A DNA stretch of 64,000 nucleotides from a virus (Duplodnaviria; Caudoviricetes), in IMG/VR virus record IMGVR_UViG_3300016476_001554, positions 7,123 to 71,122 of that record, one strand, 5' to 3'. A program made the translations under genes and the position numbers. Numbering within the stretch: the stretch's first letter is position 1; each line of letters begins with the position of its first letter. Below the pieces are notes generated by a model. It worked only from the letters and a program-made list of their open reading frames with translations, had not been told where the DNA came from and made no database searches. This document shows positions 38,163 to 48,581 of this stretch, one piece after another.

Positions 38163-41100
38163 CAATTTGAGTGTCTTTATTTATTACATAAGCTACATCT
38201 CTTCCATTCATCTTAATGTCTATTTCTAATTTTCTAGTGCCACCGCCACCAGAAGCCCCTCCGCCTCCACCAGCAGATTCAGCAGCAGCAGCTGTTGCTG
38301 CCGCAAGATTTCCAGCAGCAGAAGCCTTCGCCATAGCATCAGATATTTTCTGTAATTTTGATAATTTTTCATCAGATATCGTATCGGCAGCAGCAGACAA
38401 CCTTTCTAATCCAATAGCAAATTTTGTTAAAGAGTCTGCGCCCAACTGAAGTGATGATGCCAACGGAACCATTACAGCAGCCAATGCACCTATAGATGCA
38501 ACCATAAAGAACATACCTACTAAAGCTAGCGGATTTGCAAACATCATGGCGGCGAAAGAAAATGCAATCAAACCTCCAGAAGCCTGTAATAAAGCCCCTC
38601 CCATTCCTGCTATTACACTCCAATTAACTTGAGAAGCTAACATAGATGCACCTGCGATTGCTAACAAACCTATTGATCCAGTGATTAACCCTGGTGTTGC
38701 ATAGAGTAGAGCTAGACCGCCAAATAATAACCCAGGAGCTGCTGACAATAAAGCTCCGCCTAAATTAACCATCCAAGAAAAATCTACACCTTTCATCATA
38801 TTAGATGCAGCGGCAAAAACCATCATTGACGCTCCAAATATAGCCAACCCTATTCCAACTCCTATTAAAGCAGCGACACCTACAGCCAAGAACATTCCAG
38901 CAGGGCTCATCAATAAAGCGCCTAATCCAATAAGCCCTAATGTCACCAAAGCCAATATTCCAACACCTGCAAGAACTGACATCCAATCAACTCCAGCCAT
39001 CATAGAAATAGCATAACCAAACGGAATTAGTGCAGCCCCTATAACAAGCATCGCTAAAGAACCTTTAAGTACATTTGTTAAGTTTGCACCTAATGCACCT
39101 AAACCTTTAGATAACCCTTCAAATCCAGCTACCACTAAAGGACTCATTACACCAACTAGACCCATCGCTAAAAGACCAGGAACAGCAGCTGTAAACAAAA
39201 GCAAAGGAATTACAGCAGCAGCTAGAGCTAAACTACCTTTTAATACAGAACTAAAATTATCCCCAAATTCCATCAATCCAAGAGCGACAGCCTCAAACCC
39301 TTTTATAACACTACCACTAACAGCACCAATTAATGCCAATACCAACAAACCTGGCAAAGCAGGAACAAACAATAAAAATGCTGGACCAGCTAAAGCAACA
39401 GCCAATAAACCTTTAAACACCTTAGAATCCCCCATAGCTTTCAAACCTTCAGCTAAACTCATTAACCCAGCTCCAACCGTTGGGGCTGGACCTTTGGCTT
39501 TAGACCCCATATCTGTATCTCCGCCAGTAGCAATGTCCTTACCTTTTGAGAAAAGACTTGCACCTTTAGATACAACCAAATCTTTAATATTTTTAGCAAA
39601 ACCACCAATACCTTTCGTCACAAAACTAAGTACACTTCTAGCAAACCCAGTTCCAAACAGAAACATCATTGGTATTGCCCATTTAATAATAGTTCCAATC
39701 ATACCCCAGCTATCTAAAACTTTACCAATCGAGGTAACAACATTAGTAAATTTTTGTATAATAAAAGTAAGAGCTTCCAAAACTGGTTGTAAAATATGAA
39801 ATAAACTTTGTAAAGATGTCCAAAAATTTTCTAGAGAACTAGCAAAATCTTGATTTGCTAAATTCTGCCCCTCTAATGTCTTAGCATCTGCAGCCATTTT
39901 TTGTTTTAACTGATCTCCGTTTAACTTTTGCAAATCTTCAAGAGATTCTATACCCATACGCTTAGCCATGTCACTAGATGCATCAAATTCAACCTTACCG
40001 TTTTTTCCAATCTTCATCATATCAGAAAGACCAGATTTGACCATCTGTGCATCTAAATCATTCATACCATCCGTAATCCCTTGGAACATATTTAGTTTCT
40101 TGGCATCTTCAGCATTTGACTGAATCATATTTTGAATTGAATCTAGAGATTGACCAGTTGCATCCGCAACCATTTGTAATCTATCTACATCAACTGCATC
40201 AAACTCAAACTTACCTGTCTTTTCATTGAACTTACCTATATCTCCCCCCATTTTGGTTAAGATTTTTTGCAACTCTTCAGGACCATTCCTAGCGGCAGCC
40301 AATAAATCCATTGGGTTTATATTTGCAAAAGAACCTCCAGCTAATTGCAATTCAGATGCCATTTCCATAGCACCCTCAATATTTCTAGCTCTTTTTGCAA
40401 CGTCAAATATTTCATCAACATTCATATTAAGTTTTTCGGCAGTCATAACCATTTTTTGTAATGATTCTTCTCCGCCTTTAAAACCCATAGTTCTAATTTT
40501 ACTTATATTTCTAGATATAGCATCTATTGCTCTCTTAGAGCTTACGCCAAATTTTTGAGCCATCATAGAAGCTCCTTGCATATAATTTTTGACCTGCTCT
40601 GATGATTGACCCATACGCATCAATTCACCTGCTATCCCTGTTATATTTTCAGCAGACGCACCAGTAGCACCTTCAATTGCAGCAAAATCTTCAGTAGCTT
40701 TAGCTAATGTATTAAAGTCTGTTGTTTTTAATTCATTTGACATAGCCTCCATATATTGACCAGCTTGCTGAACACTCATTCCAAATTTAGAAACATTTCT
40801 AGTTACACTGGCAAAAGCTTGTGAGTTACCAAACTCATCCATCATAGCCCCTGTGTTTCTCTGAACATCATGAATTGTTTTATCAAACGTCATCAATGAA
40901 CGTAAACCCTCTTTTAACACATTTTCCTTAAAAGCAGCTTTTAATCCAGACGAAAGAGAAAAAGCTTCTTTTGACCCTTTTTCTAATTCTTTTCTTATTT
41001 GTTCAGTTTGACTATGTAATTCTCTTGCCTTTCTTTCTGAATCCAAAAATAAATTTGGATTTTTTGAATTTGCTTTAAGTATATTTTTTGATGATTCGTC

Positions 41101-41601
41101 TAAGTTATCATATATTTCAGATAACTTACCCCCTTGAGATATGTGCTTTCCTATACTTTTTAAGTCATCATCACTCATAGAAGCAAACTCACTTCTCTGA
41201 GCTCTTATTTTTTGCAAAAAATCAACTTCTGCTTGATAGGCTTGGGCGCTTCCTATACCATATTTTTTCTGCTGATAAGCCATAAACTTAAAAGCAGAAG
41301 ATGATGACTTTGTAAGTTTATTTATATTTTCATCACTATCTAGAGCTTTTCCAAAATTTTCTCCTAATACTTTAATTTGCTCATCTACTTTTTTTAATTC
41401 ACCATTTAACTTCCTTATTTCATCAGCACTTAGGGGTATTTGCTTAAAAAAAGCAGCACCATCTAACTTAAAAACTTCAGAAGCTATAGCATTCCAAGAC
41501 TCTTTAAGTTTATCCGCAGATTGATTTAATGCCTTCTGCTTTTTAAGCATAGCTTCAACCGCTTCTAAAGCTTTTTTGTAATTTTCATTAGGATCAGCCA
41601 T
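38155..41601 (-). CDS. Tail tape measure protein
   Basis: 1148 aa helical Ala/Gly-rich protein with hydrophobic repeats, C-terminal LEIDIKMNGRDVAYVI, downstream of tail chaperones. Confidence 0.85.
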   Translation of the reverse strand: MADPNENYKKALEAVEAMLKKQKALNQSADKLKESWNAIASEVFKLDGAAFFKQIPLSADEIRKLNGELKKVDEQIKVLGENFGKALDSDENINKLTKSSSSAFKFMAYQQKKYGIGSAQAYQAEVDFLQKIRAQRSEFASMSDDDLKSIGKHISQGGKLSEIYDNLDESSKNILKANSKNPNLFLDSERKARELHSQTEQIRKELEKGSKEAFSLSSGLKAAFKENVLKEGLRSLMTFDKTIHDVQRNTGAMMDEFGNSQAFASVTRNVSKFGMSVQQAGQYMEAMSNELKTTDFNTLAKATEDFAAIEGATGASAENITGIAGELMRMGQSSEQVKNYMQGASMMAQKFGVSSKRAIDAISRNISKIRTMGFKGGEESLQKMVMTAEKLNMNVDEIFDVAKRARNIEGAMEMASELQLAGGSFANINPMDLLAAARNGPEELQKILTKMGGDIGKFNEKTGKFEFDAVDVDRLQMVADATGQSLDSIQNMIQSNAEDAKKLNMFQGITDGMNDLDAQMVKSGLSDMMKIGKNGKVEFDASSDMAKRMGIESLEDLQKLNGDQLKQKMAADAKTLEGQNLANQDFASSLENFWTSLQSLFHILQPVLEALTFIIQKFTNVVTSIGKVLDSWGMIGTIIKWAIPMMFLFGTGFARSVLSFVTKGIGGFAKNIKDLVVSKGASLFSKGKDIATGGDTDMGSKAKGPAPTVGAGLMSLAEGLKAMGDSKVFKGLLAVALAGPAFLLFVPALPGLLVLALIGAVSGSVIKGFEAVALGLMEFGDNFSSVLKGSLALAAAVIPLLLFTAAVPGLLAMGLVGVMSPLVVAGFEGLSKGLGALGANLTNVLKGSLAMLVIGAALIPFGYAISMMAGVDWMSVLAGVGILALVTLGLIGLGALLMSPAGMFLAVGVAALIGVGIGLAIFGASMMVFAAASNMMKGVDFSWMVNLGGALLSAAPGLLFGGLALLYATPGLITGSIGLLAIAGASMLASQVNWSVIAGMGGALLQASGGLIAFSFAAMMFANPLALVGMFFMVASIGALAAVMVPLASSLQLGADSLTKFAIGLERLSAAADTISDEKLSKLQKISDAMAKASAAGNLAAATAAAAESAGGGGGASGGGGTRKLEIDIKMNGRDVAYVINKDTQIVK

Positions 41602-41641
41602 AAAATAATATATTCATTTTTAATAAATATACAACAAAAAA

Positions 41642-41667
41642 AAGTCACGCTAAAGTAAGCGTGACTT
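41642..41667 (-). terminator. Intrinsic terminator upstream of the tape measure gene
   Basis: AAGTCACGC-TAAAGTAA-GCGTGACTT flanked by a long A tract on plus strand. Confidence 0.8.
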
Positions 41668-41688
41668 CTTTATATAATATGACTTTTT

Positions 41689-42228
41689 TTATTTTTTACC
41701 TCTCAAATAATCCATTCTTCTCTCAGGACTCATCATAGACATTTTTGAATTAATGTATCCCATTACCGCCTTATTATCTCCCAAATTTAACAACCTATTT
41801 GTTTCCATATAAAATTCAGCAGCTCTTTCTCTAGACATCGTTTTCATTTTAGCATCTCTATATCGAAGTGCTTCATCAATATTAGAAAAATTAGAATCCA
41901 CATCTGTCATATTTTCTTTTTGGTATTGTGTCATTTTTACTTCATAAGTATATAGGTACATATTAAAAGTATACACTTTATATATACCCAAAACAAACCA
42001 ATATAACATCCATCCAGCTACAACAGCAGCGAATAAAGAAGCAATCAAATTAGGAAAAGGAGCTTCAGGGTTATCGCTTAATGTAGAAACAATTGTATGT
42101 TCTGCCTTATCTATCCACTTAGGACCTAAGTATGCATAAAATAAACCTACAGAAATAACTCTAAAAAGACCTCCGAATAACTTCTTAGCACTTTCTTCTC
42201 TATCTAACATTCTATCTAAACCAGCCAT
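41689..42228 (-). CDS. Two-TM membrane protein of unknown function
   Basis: Two hydrophobic helices; C-terminal duplicated Y...KM..MS.ER...Y segment. Confidence 0.7.
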   Translation of the reverse strand: MAGLDRMLDREESAKKLFGGLFRVISVGLFYAYLGPKWIDKAEHTIVSTLSDNPEAPFPNLIASLFAAVVAGWMLYWFVLGIYKVYTFNMYLYTYEVKMTQYQKENMTDVDSNFSNIDEALRYRDAKMKTMSRERAAEFYMETNRLLNLGDNKAVMGYINSKMSMMSPERRMDYLRGKK

Positions 42229-42281
42229 AACATGTGTTTTTTATATGTATACGATTAGAATATTAAAAAGTTACAAAAGTT

Positions 42282-44444
42282 TTATAAAAAATTATTCAAT
42301 ACTTTTCTTATTTCATGTCTTATATAAGACTCTTTAATATTTCCTATTTTTCCCTTCTGAGGCTTAACTATACTAGAAGAAGTACTAGGTTGTTCTTGAG
42401 CGGTTGATACTGGTGAAGTGCTAGGTGTTTCTTGAGCAATTGGTGTAGGTGAAATTATTTGAGATGTTTTTTGAGTAGTTGACTTAGGTAAATCTTTATG
42501 GGCTGTAATTTTTCTTTTAAGTAAGTCTATAAAATATTTTCTAATTTTATTTGTATCCTCTTTTTCATCTATCTTATAAACAAAATATTTTACAAAATTT
42601 TCTATTCTTTTCAACACCACCCCTTCTTCTTTAGCAATACCTCCTAGTGTATTATTAGAATTATAATCATCTAATCCAACACTACCTTTTTTATTTTTTC
42701 CAAAAACAGAATTATATATTTGCTGATATTCTTGTTGATATTTAGCAGGTTTTTTACCTCCATTTGATTCTATCTCTGATTTATATTTTTGATTTAAATA
42801 ATCAGATATTTCATAAGGTTTTTCAAAAGGTTTTCCTGTAATAGGATTTTTAATAGCAGTTCCATATATACCTGCACTAGTATAAGGTTTATTACTTGAA
42901 AAACTAACAGCTGCCTCCGAAATTACATCACTAGTAAAAACATTAACAAGATATGGAAACTTTGTTTTTATATCACTAGTTGTTATAAGCTTATTATCTA
43001 AATAAACAGAAGCTTTTTTGAGGTCATTTTCAAACTGAGGAGAATTTATATAACCTTTTATTTTATTGAAATTATCTAATTCTGAATCACTTGTAATATT
43101 AAACTTAAAACTTCTATTATATTTACTTCCAGATATCTGCTTTAAACCTTTTAAGTTTGCTGTATTTTCAGTATATTCTTTTGTGTCGTCGAATTTTTCT
43201 ATTTTTTTAAAATCTGGAGGTGTTCCAAGCTCTACCACTCTTAACTCTATTATACTTTCATCTGAATTTAGAGAAAACAACCCAGGAAGTCCTTTCATTT
43301 TAGAGCTAACCTTGTATTCTTCATATCTCTTTCTAACAGACTCCCAAGTAAGAGTGATTGTCTGTGGATCTGATTCATCAATACCATAACCCATATATAC
43401 AGAATAAATGAAATTTGTATTTTCTTCATCTAATCTTTTTTCACATACAATTTTATGAATTAATTGTTTATCTGTTAAAACTTCTATAGAGTAATTTACT
43501 GGTAATTGTATCAAATGAAAAGCGTAGTTTTCGTTACTATTCTTAACATCATTCAAACCTAACAATCCAGACTCAGAAGTGTCTGTAAAAGTTCCAGAAA
43601 CAAAAGATGTTGGCTTTGATTTCCAAGCTTCATTATTATTAAAAAATCCACCCCTAAAATTATTTCCTACAAAATCAGCTTCAAAAAAACCTCCAGCAAA
43701 ATCTCCAATCCAAAAACCATCTCTCACAGCTAAAATTTTGCCTTTTTTAAAATCAAAAGAAATTTCTCTCAACCCAAACTTTAGAGGATCTTCAAAAAGA
43801 TACTTCAAAGGACTTTTTTGCCAATTATATGCTTGTATTTCAGAGTCTGCATTATTTATATCTTCCACAAACCTTTCTGGGCTTCCAAATAAATACCTAC
43901 GAGTTTTCTTATCATATGTAATTACATAACTAGGAACATTTTGTTGATTTGGGGCTATACTTTGAGATTGACCTGGGTCTTGATTTTGGTTTGGGTCTTG
44001 ACTTTGGCTTGGGTCTTGACTTTGGTTTGGGTCTTGACTTTGAGACTGACTATTCTTAATAGGCTTACCTTTTCCTTTTTGATATATTATAGTATCACCA
44101 TCTTGTTTTAAAGATCCTGTAAAACTATCATTTAAACCTAACCCTTTTATAAGTTCCCAAGCTTTATTTTTTTCATCTTGTGTTGCTCTTCCTATTTCAA
44201 TTTCTTCATCTCCAATATTAATCTTATAAGACTTCCAGTTTGGAGCTTGCATTAATTTATCAAAGTAATCTTTTAATTTATCTTCTCTGATATCACTTTT
44301 TTCTTTTTCTGTTTTAATTAAACCAAAAAAAGCCTCATTCAGCTCAATTTTGTCTGAATTTATTTTCTTATCTAAAGATTCAAAAATTTGTTTTGCTTTA
44401 CTTTTTTGATTCTCGTATTCAGCGAAAAAATCTAGATTACTCAT
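42282..44444 (-). CDS. Large hypothetical protein, candidate virion protein
   Basis: 720 aa; upstream TATTTATT (44462-44469); QSQDPN repeats; C-terminal IRHEIRKVL. Confidence 0.7.
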   Translation of the reverse strand: MSNLDFFAEYENQKSKAKQIFESLDKKINSDKIELNEAFFGLIKTEKEKSDIREDKLKDYFDKLMQAPNWKSYKINIGDEEIEIGRATQDEKNKAWELIKGLGLNDSFTGSLKQDGDTIIYQKGKGKPIKNSQSQSQDPNQSQDPSQSQDPNQNQDPGQSQSIAPNQQNVPSYVITYDKKTRRYLFGSPERFVEDINNADSEIQAYNWQKSPLKYLFEDPLKFGLREISFDFKKGKILAVRDGFWIGDFAGGFFEADFVGNNFRGGFFNNNEAWKSKPTSFVSGTFTDTSESGLLGLNDVKNSNENYAFHLIQLPVNYSIEVLTDKQLIHKIVCEKRLDEENTNFIYSVYMGYGIDESDPQTITLTWESVRKRYEEYKVSSKMKGLPGLFSLNSDESIIELRVVELGTPPDFKKIEKFDDTKEYTENTANLKGLKQISGSKYNRSFKFNITSDSELDNFNKIKGYINSPQFENDLKKASVYLDNKLITTSDIKTKFPYLVNVFTSDVISEAAVSFSSNKPYTSAGIYGTAIKNPITGKPFEKPYEISDYLNQKYKSEIESNGGKKPAKYQQEYQQIYNSVFGKNKKGSVGLDDYNSNNTLGGIAKEEGVVLKRIENFVKYFVYKIDEKEDTNKIRKYFIDLLKRKITAHKDLPKSTTQKTSQIISPTPIAQETPSTSPVSTAQEQPSTSSSIVKPQKGKIGNIKESYIRHEIRKVLNNFL
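43974..44045. repeat. Four 18-bp tandem repeats encoding QSQDPN
   Basis: TGGGTCTTGA(C/T)TTTGG(T/C)T units. Confidence 0.9.
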
Positions 44445-44487
44445 TTGAAAAAATGTTTTTCAATAAATAGGTTGTTTTTTGGAAAAT

Positions 44488-45531
44488 CTACCTTTTCTTG
44501 GAAGAACTTTTAGCTTTAGCCATTTCTTTTCGTTCATACTCTCTTTGCTTTTCCATTTCTTCACTAATTCTATTTATAAACCACCTTCTTTCTGTGACAG
44601 GCATTTTTTTAGCATCTTCAATTGTTATTGATTTTCCGTAGTATGTAAGTAAAAATAATTCCTCTAAAACATTATTTCTATAACTAAATGGCAATTTTAA
44701 TAAATCAAAAGTATTACCTCCAAAATCATAATTTGTAGTTTGTCCGCAATATTCACACTCATATTCATATTTTGTATCTACTCCAGGTGTATTGTTTTGT
44801 ATTGCATTCCTCAACTCTCTAGACTCTAAAAGCCTCAATGTTCTAATTGAGTTTAATATTTTACTCTTATTTCTTTCACCATTAAACTCTTTTACATATA
44901 TTGCAATATCCTCTAATGGTTTTCTGTCTTTTTTATTTTTAATTTCTATCTCTTCTTTAAAAGTCACTGGCTTAATTTTTATAGACACTTTACCATTAGC
45001 TATTGAAATTGGGATTTCACCATTTTCGTCGGCATTATCTTCGATAGTCTTCATTTTAAATGTAGTTAAAGGTATAGTATCTTTAGATGTTTTTCCGCAA
45101 TGACTGCATTTCAAATCTAATTCAATATTGTTACCATAAGAAAAAGACCTCAACGCTAAAGACATTGCTTGAACATCTCCTGTTAGTAACTCGTCTATAT
45201 TAATATTTTTACTTACAATTAAATTATTAAAAGCTATTTCATAGGCAACGCCACTCTCAACAAGCATTTCGCTTGTCAAAAGATTTTCTTCAACATAAGT
45301 TAAATACCCAATTAGAATGTATTTGTTTTTATTTTTATAAAAAAAGCCTTTTGAAGGTAGGTATAACATTTCAAAAGGCTTTTCTAATCTTACATTCTCT
45401 TTTGTGAGATTTTCAGCAAACTTATCTAAATTTTCAATTAAATTCTTATGCTCACTTTTAAAAATCTCAAACTCTTGTTTTAATTCACTTATATCTTTTA
45501 TTAAATTAATATCTTTATCTTTATTAGACAT
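44488..45531 (-). CDS. Tail assembly/baseplate hub chaperone (T4 gp26-like) with C-terminal extension
   Basis: LPSKGFFY, YLTYVEENLL, LLTGDVQ, CSHCG, CEYCG; extension EELFLLTYY...KMPVTERRWFI. Confidence 0.75.
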   Translation of the reverse strand: MSNKDKDINLIKDISELKQEFEIFKSEHKNLIENLDKFAENLTKENVRLEKPFEMLYLPSKGFFYKNKNKYILIGYLTYVEENLLTSEMLVESGVAYEIAFNNLIVSKNINIDELLTGDVQAMSLALRSFSYGNNIELDLKCSHCGKTSKDTIPLTTFKMKTIEDNADENGEIPISIANGKVSIKIKPVTFKEEIEIKNKKDRKPLEDIAIYVKEFNGERNKSKILNSIRTLRLLESRELRNAIQNNTPGVDTKYEYECEYCGQTTNYDFGGNTFDLLKLPFSYRNNVLEELFLLTYYGKSITIEDAKKMPVTERRWFINRISEEMEKQREYERKEMAKAKSSSKKR

Positions 45532-46406
45532 TAAACTTCTGCATCTGGATAAAACAATTTACTCGTGATTGGAACGTCACGATCCTGAACATGTCCACAT
45601 TGAGAGCATTCAAATTCATAATTTAAGTCAATACCAGGTTCAATTTGTCTATTATACTCTCTAAAAAATAAAGAATCTTTAGTTGGCATAGCTGAAATAA
45701 ACTTGTTTATATATAATTTATCTCTATTTCCATTAACTTCCATTATCTGAAGCAAATATCTTTCTGTAATAAGCCTACTTACTTTAGCATTTCCAGTTTT
45801 CTTTTCCATTGCCTTGCTAAGTCTCTTTTCATCAGAACCTCTAAGTAATCTAAACTTTACATTCACTTTAGTAACTGGCAATACAACTTGGTATAACCCT
45901 TCTGAATCTGGAATCTCACCAACTTCTCTTAATTTTAGCAAACTTAAATCAACAGTAGGTTCAAAATCTGAACCACAAGATTCACATCTAATTTTGCCAG
46001 GCTTGTAATCGTCACCCAAACCAGTTCTTCTAGCTTCGATAAGTACATAATTTCTATCTCCAGAAAGCATATCATCTGGCCTTAAATCTTTATCTTTGAT
46101 TACAGATTCTAAAAGCACATCTAACACCTTTCCGCTTTTAATTAAATCAGCTGAAAAAAGAATATTATCTTCTTCTGCTGTCATATATTTTATTTCAACA
46201 GTTGATTTTCTATTTGGATAAAACAAACCTTTTGAAGGCAGTTCTACTACTTCTGTGGGGATAATAAAATCATCATTATTAACGTACTCTTCAGGTATAT
46301 TGTATTCTTGAGCCACCGCCTTTCTTTCTTCTACATTTGGGGGTGTATTTATAGTTGTAGTTCTATTAAAATCACCTCCAATTGTAATTTTTTCATTCTC
46401 TTCCAT
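45531..46406 (-). CDS. Tail assembly/baseplate hub chaperone (T4 gp26-like)
   Basis: ELPSKGLFYP, YMTAEEDNIL, MLSGDRN, CESCG, FRLLRGSDE, CSQCG; TAATG-coupled to its paralog. Confidence 0.8.
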   Translation of the reverse strand: MEENEKITIGGDFNRTTTINTPPNVEERKAVAQEYNIPEEYVNNDDFIIPTEVVELPSKGLFYPNRKSTVEIKYMTAEEDNILFSADLIKSGKVLDVLLESVIKDKDLRPDDMLSGDRNYVLIEARRTGLGDDYKPGKIRCESCGSDFEPTVDLSLLKLREVGEIPDSEGLYQVVLPVTKVNVKFRLLRGSDEKRLSKAMEKKTGNAKVSRLITERYLLQIMEVNGNRDKLYINKFISAMPTKDSLFFREYNRQIEPGIDLNYEFECSQCGHVQDRDVPITSKLFYPDAEV

Positions 46407-46468
46407 AGATATCCATTTTAATTTTTAGATAAATATAGAATTAAAAAAAAATAAAGTAAATAGAAAAT

Positions 46469-46930
46469 TTAGATAGGTGAATTTAAAGATGGTAAAATTG
46501 TATTAGACGAACCACCTTCCTTTTCAGACTTTTTTAAATCGAGCTCTTTCTTTTTAAGATCATCAGACATTTTTTGATAATTCTTTTGTGCTTTTTCTAT
46601 ATTCTTTAAAGCTTTTTTTCTAGCATCTATTACTTTTTGTTTTGCTGGCAATTCCTGATCTAACCCTTTTCTTGTTGGGTTCGCAACCGATTCTCCATCT
46701 ATTTTTATTGTTGTAGGCGAATTACTTCTACGCTGTCTATCTACGTTTAATAATTTTTCATCAGTTTTTATTGAGGATTGTGTTTCTTTTTCTAAATTGT
46801 CTAAATATTCCTGAGTGTCAGCAACTTGATTTTGAATATCATTTATAGCATCTCCAGCAAGACTATTCTCTTGAGATTCAATTATTTTTTCTAATTGTTC
46901 TCTAATAATATACCTTAAATTATTTTTCAT
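46469..46930 (-). CDS. Coiled-coil hypothetical protein with LRYIIREQL motif
   Basis: 153 aa ORF with 4-nt overlap to the upstream nuclease gene. Confidence 0.7.
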   Translation of the reverse strand: MKNNLRYIIREQLEKIIESQENSLAGDAINDIQNQVADTQEYLDNLEKETQSSIKTDEKLLNVDRQRRSNSPTTIKIDGESVANPTRKGLDQELPAKQKVIDARKKALKNIEKAQKNYQKMSDDLKKKELDLKKSEKEGGSSNTILPSLNSPI

Positions 46931-47382
46931 AAACCTAATTGCTTTTTTATGTTCAACTTAACTTCTTCATATTTATTTGCTAAATCACTTTCCCAAACTC
47001 TAATCAAATTATAACCTCTTCCATTTGCTAAAGTATCCTTAAATTCATCATTCTTTAAATTTCTTTTCTGCATTGAATTTAAAGCTTCTTCAGTGTAAAC
47101 TTCAGGGTTTGCGTGAAAATAATCTCCATCCACTTCAATTAATAAGTTTGATTGAGGTACATAAAAATCATAAATTTTAAAACCAACAACTTTTTGAGGT
47201 TCAAATTCTACTTTTAGCTCTTTAAGGATTTGATTCATCTCTTTCTCTGGCTTTGTCATCTTTTTAGTCATTTTTGAAGCATTTTTTTTAATACTATCGC
47301 TCGAACCAAAAGGATTTCTTGCATTTTTCTTTATCTTCGAAAGTTCTTTACTTGCCGCTTTTTTAAAATTTATTTTTTTCAT
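46927..47382 (-). CDS. Vsr/DUF559-like endonuclease
   Basis: YDFYVPQSNLLIEVDGDYFH, NDEFKD, LIRVWESD. Confidence 0.85.
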   Translation of the reverse strand: MKKINFKKAASKELSKIKKNARNPFGSSDSIKKNASKMTKKMTKPEKEMNQILKELKVEFEPQKVVGFKIYDFYVPQSNLLIEVDGDYFHANPEVYTEEALNSMQKRNLKNDEFKDTLANGRGYNLIRVWESDLANKYEEVKLNIKKQLGL

Positions 47383-47543
47383 ATCACAATCTTTTAATAA
47401 ATATTTATTTTTTTTACTAAAATTATCTTAAAAGCATTGGAATAAAAAAGTTTTGTGAATATGTATAAAAACAGACTTTTAACTTTTGAGTTTTAGGTCA
47501 AATTTATATGTTTAAAAAATGAAAAACTTTTAATTAATATATC

Positions 47544-47732
47544 ATGAACGATCAGCCAATAGATTTCTATTTAAATAGCAACTGCATTGAAATAGTAGAT
47601 AAAATTGAAAATATTAGTAAAAAATTGCGAAAGATTGCAAGTGAATTTAAAAAGGCTGAAACCTTACTAGAAGAAGATAGGAAAACTGAAGTATTTCAAA
47701 AAATAAAAGTAGATGTCAGAAATAGAAAATAA
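47544..47732 (+). CDS. Hypothetical protein
   Basis: 62 aa ORF overlapping the next plus-strand gene. Confidence 0.5.
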   Translation: MNDQPIDFYLNSNCIEIVDKIENISKKLRKIASEFKKAETLLEEDRKTEVFQKIKVDVRNRK

Positions 47733-48117
47733 CAATGGTTGGAACGAGTGGTCTAAATATGTTCTAAAGGAGCTAGAAAAACTCGGAGAAATATGTGATT
47801 CTTTAGCCGATGAAATAAATGGCCTTAATGTAGAATTGACTAAAATATCAGGAATTAAACATACTATAAATGACTTAAAAGATTGGAAAAGTCATGTAGA
47901 AGACATTGTTAATATTAATGATTTAAATAGCATTAAAGCTTTTTATATTACAAATAAAGACATAAAAGATACTATTGATTCAATAAAAGAAGCAATAAAA
48001 AAACAAGAAGAACAAATTGACGATTATAAAAAATTTAAAACAAAAGTTTATGCAATCGCTGGCGTTTTATCCTTCTTGTTAGCTACCTCTTTAACTGTAT
48101 TAAGAATATTTTATTAA
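47713..48117 (+). CDS. Coiled-coil protein with C-terminal TM helix
   Basis: GWNEWSKYVLKELEKL heptads; VYAIAGVLSFLLATSLTVLRIFY at C-terminus. Confidence 0.7.
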   Translation: MSEIENNNGWNEWSKYVLKELEKLGEICDSLADEINGLNVELTKISGIKHTINDLKDWKSHVEDIVNINDLNSIKAFYITNKDIKDTIDSIKEAIKKQEEQIDDYKKFKTKVYAIAGVLSFLLATSLTVLRIFY

Positions 48118-48581
48118 CTTCTCATTTTTTGCCTTGCTACAGAATCAACTTTCTTGGCAAAAACACCAGTTCTTCTTTTTATTTTTTTAAAGTTTATATT
48201 ATATTTATTTCTGTAATCAATTAAGATATTCCAATAATCTTGATTGATTACACTTTCTCCTTTTGAGTTTTTCCAACCATTATTTTGCCATTTTTCAATC
48301 CAACAATCCTGAAATGCGTTAACAATATATGCACTATCACAATTTATAGTTAAAGAATTTTCTTGTGTATTAAAAAAACCCACACTATACATATGCTCAA
48401 CAGCTTTTATTATAGCCAACATCTCAGCTCTATTATTAGTTGTATCTAATTCAAATCCAGATTCATTGAATAATATCTGATTATCCTCGTTTATAACAAC
48501 AAAAGCCCATCCTCCGTTAGTATTTTTAACCCCTTTTACTCCTTGATTGCAAGACCCATCAGTGTAAACATTGTAAATCAT
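48114..48581 (-). CDS. rnhA: Ribonuclease HI
   Basis: VYTDGS, TTNNRAEMLA, INCDSAY, WQNNGWKNSKG..V.NQDYW. Confidence 0.93.
   Translation of the reverse strand: MIYNVYTDGSCNQGVKGVKNTNGGWAFVVINEDNQILFNESGFELDTTNNRAEMLAIIKAVEHMYSVGFFNTQENSLTINCDSAYIVNAFQDCWIEKWQNNGWKNSKGESVINQDYWNILIDYRNKYNINFKKIKRRTGVFAKKVDSVARQKMRS

Noticed and set aside
38216-40558. Nested ORFs in the tape measure gene
   Set aside because: By-products of Ala/Gly codon bias that leaves few stops in other frames
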